Below are positions 11,408-25,929 of a DNA stretch of 64,000 nucleotides, in pieces. The position numbers were made by a program, and so were the translations under genes. Positions within the stretch are counted from its first letter, which is position 1, and the number at the start of each line of letters is the position of its first letter. Source of the DNA: Octopus sinensis (Eukaryota); NCBI RefSeq assembly GCF_006345805.1, contig NC_043012.1:12772001-12836000 (forward strand), given 5' to 3'. Below the pieces are notes generated by a model. It searched no databases. It was given only the letters and a program-made list of their open reading frames with translations, and had not been told where the DNA came from.

Positions 11408-13649
11408 ACACATACACGCACATACAGAATACAGGACTTAAAACTAAATCCTGGTATCACTGTTTAACGAAACACTTCAAAGTGGAGATCCAGTATGACC
11501 AGAGTCCTGTGATTGAAACACGTAACAGATAAAAAAAGTGATGCGACAGATAAATGAAGGTTCCTAATATAAATTAAGAGCGGAGGTTTGGTTTTAAAAT
11601 TTGTCTATTTCAGTGCGTTATCTCGTACTTAGAAAAATTATTTTAAATATTTTAACTTGAAATAATCGGTGCATCTACAAATAATATCCATAAGTACATG
11701 CATTTAATCGTTCGTTGGGAAACATTCGTTGCTGCAACTGTCTCAGAAAAGTAATATTTTCTGTTAGAGGATGTGTGAAAACACACCTACTGCTCTATGC
11801 ATGATGTCATTGAAATGTTGAAAACGTGTTTCTGTATTGTTACACTTCATCAGTTACACACAGGAAAATCATCGTTCATAGCCTCATAAAATCTGCCTTT
11901 CAGATTTTTTAAAGAGCAAATAATAAAATATGTATCGTATGCACATCTTTGTCACACTGCGATTAATTAATTAAATGTTCACTATGCAGAAATAATTACA
12001 ATAAAACAGCGTAAATTTATGTTGAAATTATATGTGTACAATAAAAAATTGAAAGAATTTTACTGCGTTAACTCTCTGTGAAAACATATTGTACTTAGCG
12101 ATAATGTATTTGAAAGCACACAGAGCTGGTTTATGAATGGCGTCTACGGACAGTAATGAATGTGTTTCTGCATCGTTATGCCTAATCCGTCACAAACACA
12201 TAATTAATTGATCATAGCATATTAAAGATAAAGCAACTGCTGTTCTAATGTGCTTAGATTATATGTGTAGAATGCAAGGTTGATAAATGGGCGTGATCAG
12301 GAACTGGGTAGACAATTACATTTCTAAATTTGCATATAGAATATTTGAATGCACCATGAAAGAATGTCCACTTGATTTTCTTCCAACAGATTTCGGAATG
12401 ATATTAAAGTATATGGAAAAGGACACGATCATAAGAAAATGTAATTTCTTATCCTTTTCGTCAGTCATGCTGAGTAAAATACAATATTTAAGCAGTGCCT
12501 TATCAATATTCTCTATTTTAAAACCAAAAGTAATATCACAATACAAATGTAGTATTTACTGACAGCTATTTATATTACTGGAGGGTAAAGTAGATTTTAA
12601 GACATTCTTATTTTCTAATAGGCAAATAGAATCATTAAATATCACTCAGAGGATATATTAAAATCAATGTTACTGCAATCTAAATACACTTCCTATTATA
12701 TCTGGTAATAATATTGTATAGTTAAAACAAAGTATTTACTCAAGCAGAAAATATTAACCTTTAACATTGCATAACAGGCTTCTAGCCTAGCACTAAGATT
12801 TCCGACTACTTTGCAACTGGAAATATTTTGTGTTTTTAAATATATTTAATATATTTCCAGTTGTTTATTGGTATTTGTCACGCCCACTTGGAATAATTTC
12901 TTTCGATCCATCAAAATGATAATCTATCTGTATAAAAAGAAACAAATCACTTATATATTCTATTTTCCCTCTTCTCTTAAACTGGTGATGTCAAATGAGT
13001 TTGATTGATGGATCACATTTTCCATTATGATTTTTCTTTGGAAATTGTGTCCTTTCTAAGCTGCCGAGTATACAATTTCAGAAATGCTGAAATGCCAGAC
13101 CAAACGAAGCTTACTGTCGGAATGGAACGTAAAGCTTCGTTTATTTCATAGTATTATATTGTTACGGCATTTATTTTTAATATTCTTCATACAAGGAGGT
13201 TTACGAACTATTTGGGGGAAGCTAACCTACAACAGAATAACTAAAGCTGAGATAAGATGCAACAATAATTTTAGTAGAAGAATACATCAATAGCAAAACA
13301 CAGATGATTGAAAATTAGGAAGGCACAAGTGCTTACCTAATATCTAATATCGATTTTTCCTTGAAGAGTTTGTAAGCAATATGTTTCTTCGGACCCGTCA
13401 TATTGCTGTGAATCACTAATCTATATATCACAAATATAACGTACGATAAAGAAACAATACAACTAAAGATATATGTCAGTTGATATGAACTTAAAAAGTA
13501 GGATCAAATTTCAAGCCACAGTATTTGTCATCTTACTAAGTTGTCCTTCCACAGGTCGAAAATGTCATCTCTCGAAACTATTCTTCCGACTCCAATGGTA
13601 AATTAGATGCCAACAATATACAAGCATGGAATTTCTCTAAAAAGGGCTT

Positions 13650-13667
13650 TATTATTATTATTATTAT

Positions 13668-13706
<39 letters not shown>

Positions 13707-13733
13707 CAGCACCAGTAGCAGCAGTAGCAGCAA

Positions 13734-13811
<78 letters not shown>

Positions 13812-13822
13812 CAGCAGCAGCA
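13650..13822. repeat. Compound trinucleotide repeat (ATT)(AGT)(AGC)(AGT)(AGC)
   Basis: Direct reading. Confidence 0.95.
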
Positions 13823-14072
13823 TTATATATATATATATATATATATAAGGCGGGCTTACAAAAACCTCGGAAGCATTTCTTTTGGTTTTACGTTCTGATT
13901 TCGACTCCATTGATTTTGCCTTTCATTATTTCGGGATTGATAACATAATTACCAATTCGATATACCCCACACCTAAAAACCCAGCACTTTCCGAAGAATC
14001 ATTTAATCTATCTATCTATCTATCTATCTGTCTGTCTGTTTGTCTATCTCTGTCTCTCTCTCGCTCTCTCTG

Positions 14073-14103
<31 letters not shown>

Positions 14104-14104
14104 A

Positions 14105-14163
<59 letters not shown>

Positions 14164-15029
14164 GTTTGTGTGTGTTTAAAAACAAGTAACAGTCTTCCAC
14201 CTGGTTTTCGAAACCGCATCTCCAAATCACCAAGCATTAACACCATAAAACACATCAGTTACCGATGTCACATATCTCTAGACCAATGAAATTTTACAAA
14301 CGCCAGTTTCTGATGTCACCTATCTCTAGACCAATAAATTTTACCTCCGATCAAAACCAAATACAACATGATTACCCACCCTTTAAGTGAATCGAACGAC
14401 TGGAATGGATGATGACCGTTCCTCATGGGGAAAGGAACCAGGCCAAGCGAAAAACTTCACCACAAGAAAAACAAGACGTCACCAGTACTCTAACGAATCA
14501 AAAATCAGATCCACTGGCGGAAAAGAAAAATTATAAATACACAGGATTCTAATACACACCGTTACAAGCGAAATTTCATCCAGGCGACGGAAAGAGAATC
14601 AGAGAAATTGTAAACCAAATCCCCTTTTTTACTATCTTCATTTCTCCTGTTTTCCTCCCGCTTAATTCAATATGATTGAATCTTTGAAGATATCTATTTC
14701 CTTTCGATCAACCCTAGAACTTATGAACTTTGTACATTTAAACATGTTCATGCACAGATTTTATATTGGTGAATATTATGAACATTTAAACTTGTCAACA
14801 TTGAAACTTTTTAACGTTTTTCTAATTTTTTATTATTATTTTTTCTTTGTAAGAAAGCCAAGGAATGTCTACGGCATCTCATACTCTTAGCTTAGACATT
14901 TTGGGGGGAAAGCAGATCGAACTCACTCACGTGTACCTGCTCCAAATAGTAATGGCATCTGGTATTTTGGCTGAAGAAAGAAGGCCATGAATGAACCGAA
15001 CTTTTTCTCCCATCTGTCGTTCTAATTGT

Positions 15030-16238
15030 TGTTACTCCTGTCCGTCTTTGTATTGTCTTTCTGTCCGAATGTTTTATTGTCCTCTATTGCCATTTTACAT
15101 CATTAAAACATTTTATATAAAATATATTATGTTCTATATTATTTGATTCTGTAATATTGTATTTTATTATATTATTTCTCAGGAGGAGAAATAATGATGC
15201 AAAAACCGCTGTTCGTCTTCCTCCCAGTTTGATATTTGAATATATCTTTTTTGTTTGTGAATTTGCCCATCACTTTCGTTTTGGAGAATGAAATTTTTAA
15301 TTGCGTAACTAGAAATTGAATAACTGTTACTGCTAATATTTGCACATATGTAGCAACACAGAGTACACCAGAAGTAAAATTGACTTTTGAACACTACCAG
15401 CAGAAGAGTCAAATACATACAAGAAGAGTTCCCCTTCTTGACTTCATGATATTCGTGGTTGAATTATCAATAATATATCAATATTCTCATTTGACCACCA
15501 CTGATTTTTTTTTATTAACGTATAGATATAAGGTGATAGCAGTTATCTGCCAATGCGCTACGGCAAAGTCGGATATTCGCAGTTTTTCTATTTAAAAAAA
15601 TTGATCTCTTTGTTGAACGAGTAGTGACGTATAACAAAACTAAATATCGGATAAGAAGGATTTTATCTGAAGGAATTTATAGAAAAGAAATGTTTTTCAA
15701 TAAATTATTTATCGTGAGTATTTACTCCAAAAGTGCATGTCGAAACGAATGTGACAAATTACACATATATGTAGATGTTTGTGCGAATGTGTGGGACAAT
15801 TGTCCAATGAGTATGGAAAAGTCTGAATGTTTACTTCTGTATGTTGCTCTCTAAGTGTGTGCATGTGTGAGGGTCTGTATGTGTGTGCTTGTTTGTGTGC
15901 TATCTTGTGTGCTTGTGTGTATGTATGTATGTTGAATGCAAGGGCGGACTGAGAGTATTAGGTGCGCTTGGGTACAATTATTTACCGGGCCCCTTAGCAT
16001 TGATTTAATAGAGTTAGCATGTAGAGTACTGACTTCTTACAACTCCTGGCTGTCAGGCATTGTCCGATTTACAGCTGCCTCAGTAATCTGCCGGTTAAAT
16101 GTACAAAACTGCCAGAAACGTATTTGTACTCCACCTATCTGTATTGTTGACTAAACAGCTTGAACGCCGACGCCCCCCAATTTTCAAAGCACCAAACGTT
16201 TTATAGAAATACTACCAGATGGAATTAAGAATTAAATA

Positions 16239-16274
<36 letters not shown>

Positions 16275-16423
16275 CAGTCCTAGCTATGAGGTAAGAAACT
16301 TGCTTCCCAACCACATGGTTACAGGTTCATTCCAACTGCGGGGCAATTCGGGCAATTCTTCTATCTTTTCGGGCTGATCAAAACATTGTGAGTGGATTTG
16401 ATAGCGCAAAACTGAAAGAAGTC

Positions 16424-16474
<51 letters not shown>

Positions 16475-19264
16475 GAGAGAGATAGAGGGAGAGAGGGAGA
16501 GAGAGAGACCTATATACATACACGCATATACCGATAAATATATATAATATATCATGTTCTATGCCATTCGATATTATAATATTATATTATATTATAATTT
16601 CTCAGCAGGAGAAATACTGGTGCAGAAACCGCTGTGCGTCTTCCTTCCAGTTAGATATTTAGAATATATCTTTTTTTGTTTGTGAATTTGTCCGCCAGTT
16701 TCGTTTTGGGGAATGAAATATTCCATTCAAATTCATGAATATTGTTTAATTCATTCAATGTTTGTGTAACTGGTAAAGAAATAACTGTTACTGCTAGTAT
16801 TTACACATCTCTAGGATCGCGGGATACACCACAAGTAAATCTGACTTTTGAACCCTACCAGCAGAAATGTCAAATACAATACAAGAACAGTTCTCTGTAT
16901 TGACCTCATGTCACTCAGGGTCGAATTATCAATAATATATCAATACTCTCGCTTGTCCACCACTGATATTTTGTTAACGCATAGATATAATTTGATAGTA
17001 GTTATCTGTCAATGCGCTAAAGCATTGGATATTTGCATTATTTGTCTATTTAAAATATTGGTCTCTTTGTTGGACCTGCCTGCATTGACGTACACCAAAG
17101 TAAATATCGGAAAAAGAAGAATTTATAGAAAATATTTTTTTCAGTTATTCGTTTATCTTGAGGATTTCCTCTTAAAGTGCCGATCGAAAAACATATGACA
17201 AATTACACATATATTTATATAGATTCTTGTGCAAGTGCGTACGACAATTTTCGTCAGAGTGTGTAACTAAATTAATAAGTGTGTAAATGTCTGAATGTTT
17301 ACTCCTGTATTAGGATCTCTATATGTGTACGTGTGCATGCGCGCGCACGTGTGTGTGCATTTGTGTATGTGTGTGTGTGCATGTGTGTGTTAGTGTGTGT
17401 CTGTGTGTTTCTCTCTTCCTACATTCAAACGTGTTGTGCTGCAGGGATTGTAACCTATCAAGTGCAAAAATGACATCTGACTTCGAACTTCAGAGCATAA
17501 TGTTTGATGTCAGTTATGTTCCCTGTTTTGACAAGCAGCGTTTGCATTCTAGGTTTTTTCCAATATACTGAGTTGAAATAGCAACCTACCATTATTCATG
17601 CGAAACCATGGGCAAAATGTGTTTTGTCTTACAGTTCATATAATCAGAGAGTAAACACGCAAGAAAGCAATATTTAATAAAAGCGAAATATAATTGGAGG
17701 GGATTTATTATTGTTTTGGAAATGTGCAATATGCATTCTTCTCTCTGTTTTTCTCTCTCGCATTTATATATGCGTGGATATTTGTGTATGTGTGTGTGTG
17801 TATGGGGGGGGTGCATGTAACGGCAGTCAATTTCCGTGAATGAACGTGCAAAGGATTTAGTTGAATGCTGCATGAGCAATAACTTAATAATTCTTCTTAG
17901 CACTGCAAAAATTCCGGCCCATTAGAACAGCGGGTTTATTTGTATACTATTTAGCCCTCTCTATCAAAAGCGTTGCCATATCAACGCAAAATCCAATCAA
18001 ACCACGTTACTCATTCTTTGTGGGTTTTGGTCTTCTGCGACACAAACCCGACTATTTCTACATCCCAAAGCATATATGCAATATATTATGCGCAATTCTA
18101 TTATATTCTATAATATTGTATTATATTATGGCATTTCTCAGCAGGAGAAATACTAGTGCAGAAACCGCTGTGCATCTTCCTCCCTGGTCGATATTTAGAA
18201 TATATCGTTTTTGTTTGAGAAAAAAAGTTTCGTTTGGGAAAAAGAAATATTCCATTCAAATTGATGAATATTTTGTAATTACCTAACTGCAAGTTAAATA
18301 ACTGGGTACACCAGAAGTAAAACTGGCTTTTGAACACTACCAGTAGAGGAGTCAAATACAATACAAGAAGAGTCCTCTGTATTGACCTCATGATACTCAG
18401 GGTTGAATTATCAATATTCTCGTTTGTCCACCACTAGCTTTATATTAACGCATAGATATTTGGTGAATGCAGTTATCTACCAATGCATTATAGTAGAGTT
18501 GGTTATTGGCAGTTTTTTTTCTATTTAAAACATTGATCTCTTTGTTGAAATTGCATTGGCATATAAGAAACTAACTATCGGATAAGAAGGATTTTTATCT
18601 GAAAGAATTTATAGAAAATATATTTTTAGGTTTTCATTTATCGTCAGGATTTACTCTAAAAGTGCAGATCGAAAAAGAATATCACAAATTAGACATATAT
18701 TTATGTAGATTTTTGTGCGAGTGTGTGGACACTTTCGTCTGCGTGTGTATATCTGCATCAATAAGTACGTAAACGTATGAATGCTTGCTTCTGCATATGG
18801 TTCTATGTGCGTATATATGTGTATACGTGTGTGCGTGCATACGTGTGTGTATGTGTGTGTACATGCGTGATTGCATGTGTGGTTATGCGTGTACCTTGGC
18901 TCAAACATATTGTGCTTCAGGGATTGTAACTTATCAAATGCAAAAATGACATCTGAATTCGAATCTCCGTGCATAATATTTTATGCCAGTTCTTTTCAAT
19001 GCATTGACATGCAGAGTTTGCCTTCTAGGTTTATTCGAGCATTTAATTCCTGTTTCTGGATAATAACCTGTTGATTTTGAATATACTATGTTGAAAACGC
19101 ACCCCCTCATTATTCACGTGAATCCATGGGCAAAGTGTGTTGATCTTACATTTCCTATAATCTGTCAGTAAACGGAAGAGAACAATATTTAATATACACG
19201 AAGTATTCTTGGGGGGAGGGGGTATTACTGCTTTGGAAATGTGCAATATACATTACTCTCTCTA

Positions 19265-19265
<1 letters not shown>
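15030..19265. repeat. Local tandem triplication of a ~1.4-1.5 kb unit of unclassified sequence
   Basis: Anchor ctcag-aggagaaata at 15178, 16601 and 18137. Shared blocks include gaattatcaata, tgtccaccact and ggattgtaac..gcaaaaatgacatctga (last block in copies 2 and 3 only). Confidence 0.85.
16275..16428 (+). mobile_element. SINE 5' half (family of 36148)
   Basis: ggtaagaaacttgcttcccaaccacatggtt..ttgtgagtggatttg..actgaaagaag. Confidence 0.8.
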
Positions 19266-19299
<34 letters not shown>

Positions 19300-19302
<3 letters not shown>

Positions 19303-20275
19303 CAGGTTATCCCATAAGTTCAGTCCGAATTTTGAATAAAGAAAACAAGAGATCAAATGTTCTATTTAATTGATAAATGTTAAATTTAATCATCAATATA
19401 CATTCCCTGATCATGTATGACTTCCTTCCATCTATTTACAAGCTTTTTACTCCCATCAATGTAAATCTCTTTTGAATTCAAAGCGAAGAACTCTGAAATG
19501 TCAGTGTCGACCTCCTCCTGGCTTGCGAAAGTTATGTCCTCCAAATGATTCTGGAAACTACGAAACAAATGGTAGTCTGAAGGAGCATAGCTAGGAGAAT
19601 AAGGTGCATAAGGAATTTTTTTCCTAACCAAGCTCTTCGAACTTCTGTGATGTGATCTTTGCAGTGTGGGGCTTGCGCATTGTCCTTGATGAGACATCAC
19701 TCTTTTCGACTCCCTAAAACGTTTTTTTTTTACTTCAAACCATGGTTCAAACACTCTAATTGCTGATATAGACTTGAGCATTAATTGTTACATTAGCTGG
19801 TAACAATTCAAAGTGAGGTACTCCTTTGCTGTCCCACTAGATAGAGAGAAGTGCCTTTTTTTTCCATGACGTTCTATTCTCGGTTGTGGTTGAGCTTTTT
19901 CCCTTTTACCAAGCCACTGTTTACGACGTTTAACATTTCGATAGAGGATCCATTTTTCGTCACCAGTCACAAGTCTATCCGAAAAGAGCGAAATGCTTTC
20001 GCAAGAATGGAGAGAAGAGCAGATGTCAATTCCAGATTTGCGGTTGCTTTCGGACAATTCATGAGGCACCCATTTTCCAATTTAGGTATCTTTCCAAGTT
20101 GTTCAAGATGACAATGAACAGTTGTATGGTTTGAACTAAGCTTTGCTGCCAATTCTTCAACTGATTCATCAAACAGAACCAGACGTCCTGTTCGATCTTC
20201 ACCTTCAAGGCTGAATACTGCAAACCATATTCTGCTAGGTCTTTCATTCAAGCATTCTTCCCATAAACTTTTTTT
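19300..20275 (-). pseudogene. Mariner element, same family as 4787; 5' truncated, 3' TIR present
   Basis: LEGEDRTGR, MPHELSESNRKS, LVTGDEKWILY, PYSPSYAPSDYHLFRS, W..VI..QG.YIDD* (stop 19386-19388). TIR tagcaggttatcccataa abuts (TA)n. Confidence 0.92.
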
Positions 20276-21479
20276 AATACAGTATATTTTATTCGCTCAA
20301 GGATTGAAAAGTGATTAGGGTATGAAGGAGCTTCTATTATTGGAAAACCAATACTATCTAAAAGATATGATCTATTTAATATACTGAAACTGTCTACCAG
20401 AATATGTAAAATCAGTTGCATGTTTTAGCTAATGTTATTGAATAGTTTTAAAATAAAATAAAATAAACAATAGTTGTATTTTAACGATGATATGCGTTAA
20501 CATGATTGGAATAGTTGTTGAGGCAAAATATGTACATCTCGTTCTTGAGACATTATAATTGCAGTATTTCCTTGGGCAGAATTTATCTCTTAATAATGTC
20601 CTCCTACTCTTAATGATTCTCTTGCTGTTTCGTCTCATAACAAACCATCATAAAACTATTTTCAATTCTTTCCTTATCAATCCATTGTATTATAGCTAAT
20701 GGGTGGTAACTGACTGAAAAGAAAATAAATTATATTTATTTTTTTCTTTCATATTGTTTGACTATTGTCTCAACTATCTTCACACTGATCGCAGCTTGTA
20801 AATGACGGAAGTATGTTGAGAGAAAATTAGAAAAAGAAAAATTTACGCAAAATATATCTCGTTATTGGTTTTGTTTATAGCCTGTCAACATGAGCCATAT
20901 TTTGTTTCATAGATATAATTTTATAGATATAATTGAAAGCACATTGAATGAAATTTAATAATATTTTGTTGGTGGCGCCAAAAGAATATATACTAAATCC
21001 TAGACATGACGATTATTTTGCAACATATTATTTCTGTATGTAGTTAATTAGAAAAAAAACCCAAAACATTGGTCTTGTTAAATATGGAGTGGCAAGTGGC
21101 AATGTTCCCAAATAAGAGAACTGTTCTTATGGGATACAACAGCTGTGAGTAAATATACTCATTTATTGACGTTTTACTCATGAGTATCAAATCAACATTT
21201 ATCATATGCAGTTTACCTGTAACCACTTCAGTGAACGTTCCACTTTTAATACCTAGTGTATATATGCACGTGTGTGTGAAGGTGAGTGTGTGTGCTTGTG
21301 TGTGGGTGTGTGCGTGCTAGAATTTATATATCTTCTTTGCAGGTAGATCGATGACATACAAACTCATCTCTCACCATCTCTCTCTCTTTCTTTCTTTCTT
21401 TGTTTCTTTCTTTCTGTATAACCATTGTTTTCTTGTGTCATCTCTTCTTACACACACATACACACATAAAAGGTGACCT

Positions 21480-22000
21480 ATTTCTGAGATCATGTGCGAA
21501 AACAAAAACAATTGCTGTCACTGTTCCTTTCCTGTGGTTTATTAGAGATTTCACCTGTTTTCTGCTACGAGATTAGTTTTATAACTAGGAACTGTATTCT
21601 CATTGTTTCCTGTGCTGCTGTTTTCCAATGCCCATCTTTTGATACCTTCGAGCTCTACTTTTGTGATCCAACGATTTTTTTCTTATTGCTCTAGCGTGGT
21701 CACATAATCACTGGGCCCTGAGTTGAAACAATCCGCTTTCTCTCCATTGATCATACATGCGTTGACCGTATCCCCTATGATTAACATCATTTTCATCTAC
21801 GGAGTTCATCGGGTAGTAACACTCCATGGCCACAAATTTAACTTGTTTGTGCCATCTACTAGCTTGTCCTTTGCTGGATAACGACAGCCTGGTGTCGAAC
21901 ATGTATCTCTAAGCCTGCCGGTGTAACACTGTCACCATCGAGGGATTCAGTATCATTACCACCGTTATTCACAATATTTTGTTTATTCATTGTCACTCAG
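21480..22000 (-). mobile_element. R4/Dong-like RLE retrotransposon, N-terminal ORF fragment
   Basis: RW.KQ...AMECYY..N..DEN....RGYGQRM...WRE.GLF....Q*LCDHARAIRKK..WIT..ELE.IKR; putative ATG at 21990. Confidence 0.7.
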
Positions 22001-22094
22001 ATGAGGTAGCGATTACCAAATTGCGCAAATGATAAAAAATATGGAAGGAAGCGGTTGGAATCTCCCTATGCATTGATTGATAATACATCTATTG

Positions 22095-22315
22095 ATGGTG
22101 TCACAATAAAAACAGCGGTATTATCATCATGATCATCATCACCACCACCACCACCATCATAATCATCCTCATCATCATCATGATCATCATGATCATCATG
22201 ATCATCATGATCATCATGATCATCATGATCATCATCATTCTTCTTCTTCTTATTATTATTATTATTGTTGTTGTTGTTGTTGTTACTATTATTATTATTA
22301 GTAGTAGTAGTAGTA
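22095..22315. repeat. Compound trinucleotide tract with a 9-mer (ATCATCATG)n block
   Basis: Direct reading. Confidence 0.95.
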
Positions 22316-22860
<545 letters not shown>

Positions 22861-22874
22861 GAATATCTGCCCCT

Positions 22875-22918
<44 letters not shown>

Positions 22919-24409
22919 TAACCTATTTGATTGAGGTCCATCCAATTTAGAGTTTCGTAGACTTATAGGAATCTGTCTCCTGTACACACACACACTCATG
23001 GACGTACACACACCCATAGTCACACACACACACACACACATGTCTGTATACCTGTGTGGGTGGGTGTATGTGATGTATTAATCCAGGCCTTCAGTAATTT
23101 TCCTACAATTTTCCATCCCGACTCAACTAGAAATGTTTTGTGAGTTCAGTATTTGTTCAAGATTTATCAAGACCTTTAACTATATTCAAAGCTGATTGCA
23201 TGGAAAATAAAGATTTCAAAGATATTATTTGTATTTTCTTATTGTGGTGCTCTTTGTGTCCAACGGGTAAGTCTGGGGGTGTTCTTTACGCTTTCATTGG
23301 ATTTCACGAATACATACTTACATGAATATAGTTTGGGAATTGGCTTAAGATTTACAATGGATGTTATTGTAGGTGTGCTCATGAGAAGTTTGGCAGATAA
23401 TTATCAAAGTCTTTAATAGAGCGGACAAATGGTCAACGGATTGTCTTCCGACTTATAACGTTATAAGTTCAAATACCATAGCCGATTGTGCTGTTCATAT
23501 TTTCGGGTTTGTTAAAATACGTACTATAGTTAGCTCTTTGTTTGCTGTGGCCTATTTCGGGCACCTCACAGAATTACTAGAAATGTGCGAAAATTAGAAA
23601 GAATGCAATTTCTATAGTTTACTAAAGCATGTTTATCGAAATTTGGATATTTCAATAATTATTTCAATACCGTAATTTTTGCCGCACACCCCTACTGTGG
23701 TGTGTGTGTGTGTGGGGGGGGGTGCTGTTAATATTTCATTCGCATTTTTCGTTGAGGCTCAGTATGTATCCTCTTACGTGCGTGGCTTCAGTAATTTCTC
23801 TGAAAGTTGTGTCAGTTTTATATGGTAATATAATAGCATATTCTTTGTTATCTATCGAATCCCCCATATTTTAGTTGAACATGTTCATTTGAAACTGAAG
23901 AGCTTTTCTCTTCTTTGAGATCCTGCTAATGTTTATTTCTCCTCCATCTTATTGTGTGGAGCGTCCCTTTAAAGTATACCGTTTCTTCAGTGTAACACTG
24001 TACACCTTATTTTATAAACTACATTTCTGTCTTCGCAGTTTATCTGTAGGTTTACTATACAATCAGTGCATTTTCTATTGGTACAAAGGATTTTTTCAAA
24101 TGGGTCTGCTCTACTGGAGAGGATGTTCACATCGTTTCTACTAGTTTAATCTTTACAGTCATTTGAGCTACAGCTTTTCTAAAATGATACGCTAGTTTGC
24201 CTCCACGGGCAGCGACGACAAACATACATAACACCCTGGTATCATTTTGTAATTATGAAAAGAATAATAAAGTATACAACGAATAAGGACAAGATATACA
24301 AATGAAAATAAAAAAAAGAGCGCTAGTTGAAATGATTATTCAAATTTACGGATGCTTTAAGTACACAAAGTTCACACGAGTGATGTTCTGCATTTTAATT
24401 TTATTACAA

Positions 24410-24791
24410 ACTAGCAGTATCGCCCGGCGTTGCTCAGGTTTGTAAGGGAATAACTATAAAGCATTTTTAGAGAGTTATAGCAAAAAAATAGCCAAAAATG
24501 GAAAAAAATGATGGTAAATTTTTTTTTTAGTTAAAAAAAGGTGGAGTTGCGTCCCTAGACAGTTGCGGTTTGTGTTTCTGATTCTCGACCCTATGTCGAA
24601 TTTAACGATTTCTTTCAGAACTGGGGGAACTTTTCAAAATTTTCGCTACGTTAGTTTTGAATTATGACATTGGGCTATGTGTGTATCAAGTTTCATCAGA
24701 ATCGGTTGAAAGCCGTGGTCAGGGTGAGGGTACAAGCAAACAGACACACAGAAACACGCACAGACAAACTGCCGTTTATATAGAGAGAGAT
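24410..24791 (+). mobile_element. Non-autonomous Helitron-type element (Lep1-like architecture)
   Basis: Starts actagcagtatcgcccggcgttgctc; near the 3' end aagtttcatcagaatcggttgaaagccg..acaa, an (ACAG/AC) tract and tttatatagag. Confidence 0.6.
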
Positions 24792-25004
24792 CCTTAAGTG
24801 ACAAGAGAATTTTGTGTCACAAACATTCCTAGGAGATACTTTTCTACGCCATGTGTTATCAGTTGTTTTAGGTATGTTTCCGAGGTCATATTATGCGTGT
24901 TTTAATAAACTCCAATGGCTCGGAGAAGTCTGAACAACCTTCAGCAGATATATCAGAAGAATAAGTTGAATTCATAGTATAGTTAACTTGCATTAGAAGT
25001 TAGC

Positions 25005-25210
25005 TTGTAAAATCGGTAACACGTAAGACAAAATGCTTAGCAGTTTAGTTCCTGCTTTACGTTCTGAGTTAAAATCCCACTGCGGTCAACATTTCAGTTA
25101 CATATTTGAAATCGATGAAACAACTATCTGTTGTGCACAGTGATCAATATAATCGACTATCGATCAACAACAAAATGTCAGGACTTGTGTCTATATTATA
25201 AAGGATTATT
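25005..25210 (+). mobile_element. Degenerate SINE
   Basis: aaaatgcttagc..ttacgttctgagtt..taatcgact..gtgtctatattataaaggattatt. Confidence 0.7.
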
Positions 25211-25709
25211 AGGCAGTATTAGTGATTTTAGAGAGATTACGATCCTGTAGGCAAATTTTGTGTGTGCCAATATACCTGTGAGTGTAGGCGTGTATGAACA
25301 TGTGTCCAGAAATGTGTCCCAAAATTATATTTAATATTAAATATGAATACAACAAAATATTTTCATTACAAGGCTACGATGTTTTATACACATTAATCTG
25401 TCTTTTCACCCATATTCATCTATATTTATTATTATTGCTTATGCGTAGATAAATATTCTGTAGTCAGTGTCATACGATAATGATAGAAAATCGTGGACAA
25501 TAACGATTCTCTGCAACGTTCTGCAGAAGTTGGCAATTTTCTGCTTGCAAAAGTAATTTACGGCAATATTTATGTATGTAATTCCTATACAAATCGTATA
25601 AAGCTAAAACTACTTTATCACGGCCAATGTAGTCTATTTGGAAGTAAACTAAAATGTATTTTATATGCATATATCCCGTTAATGACAAATAAACGAATTT
25701 GTCCTTCTG

Positions 25710-25778
<69 letters not shown>

Positions 25779-25929
25779 TGTGTGTGTGTGTGTGTGTAGA
25801 TAAGGAGTAAATATTCAAAAGTGAACGTTTATATAGATATTATTATCATTATTGTTATTATTATTATCTGCGGCAGATATACATTTTTGATAATAACAAT
25901 AATAACCTAGATGGTTTCAGGTGATGTTT

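Noticed and set aside
12287-12562. 91-aa ORF in unique sequence
   Set aside because: No recognisable domain or splice context; the length is expected by chance.
14965-15005. ctgaaga...ccgaac hammerhead-like string
   Set aside because: No GAAA, stem II or stem III pairing.
21200-21265. Possible 37-nt minus-strand exon with a CAG|GTAAAC donor
   Set aside because: No pyrimidine tract and no partner exons.
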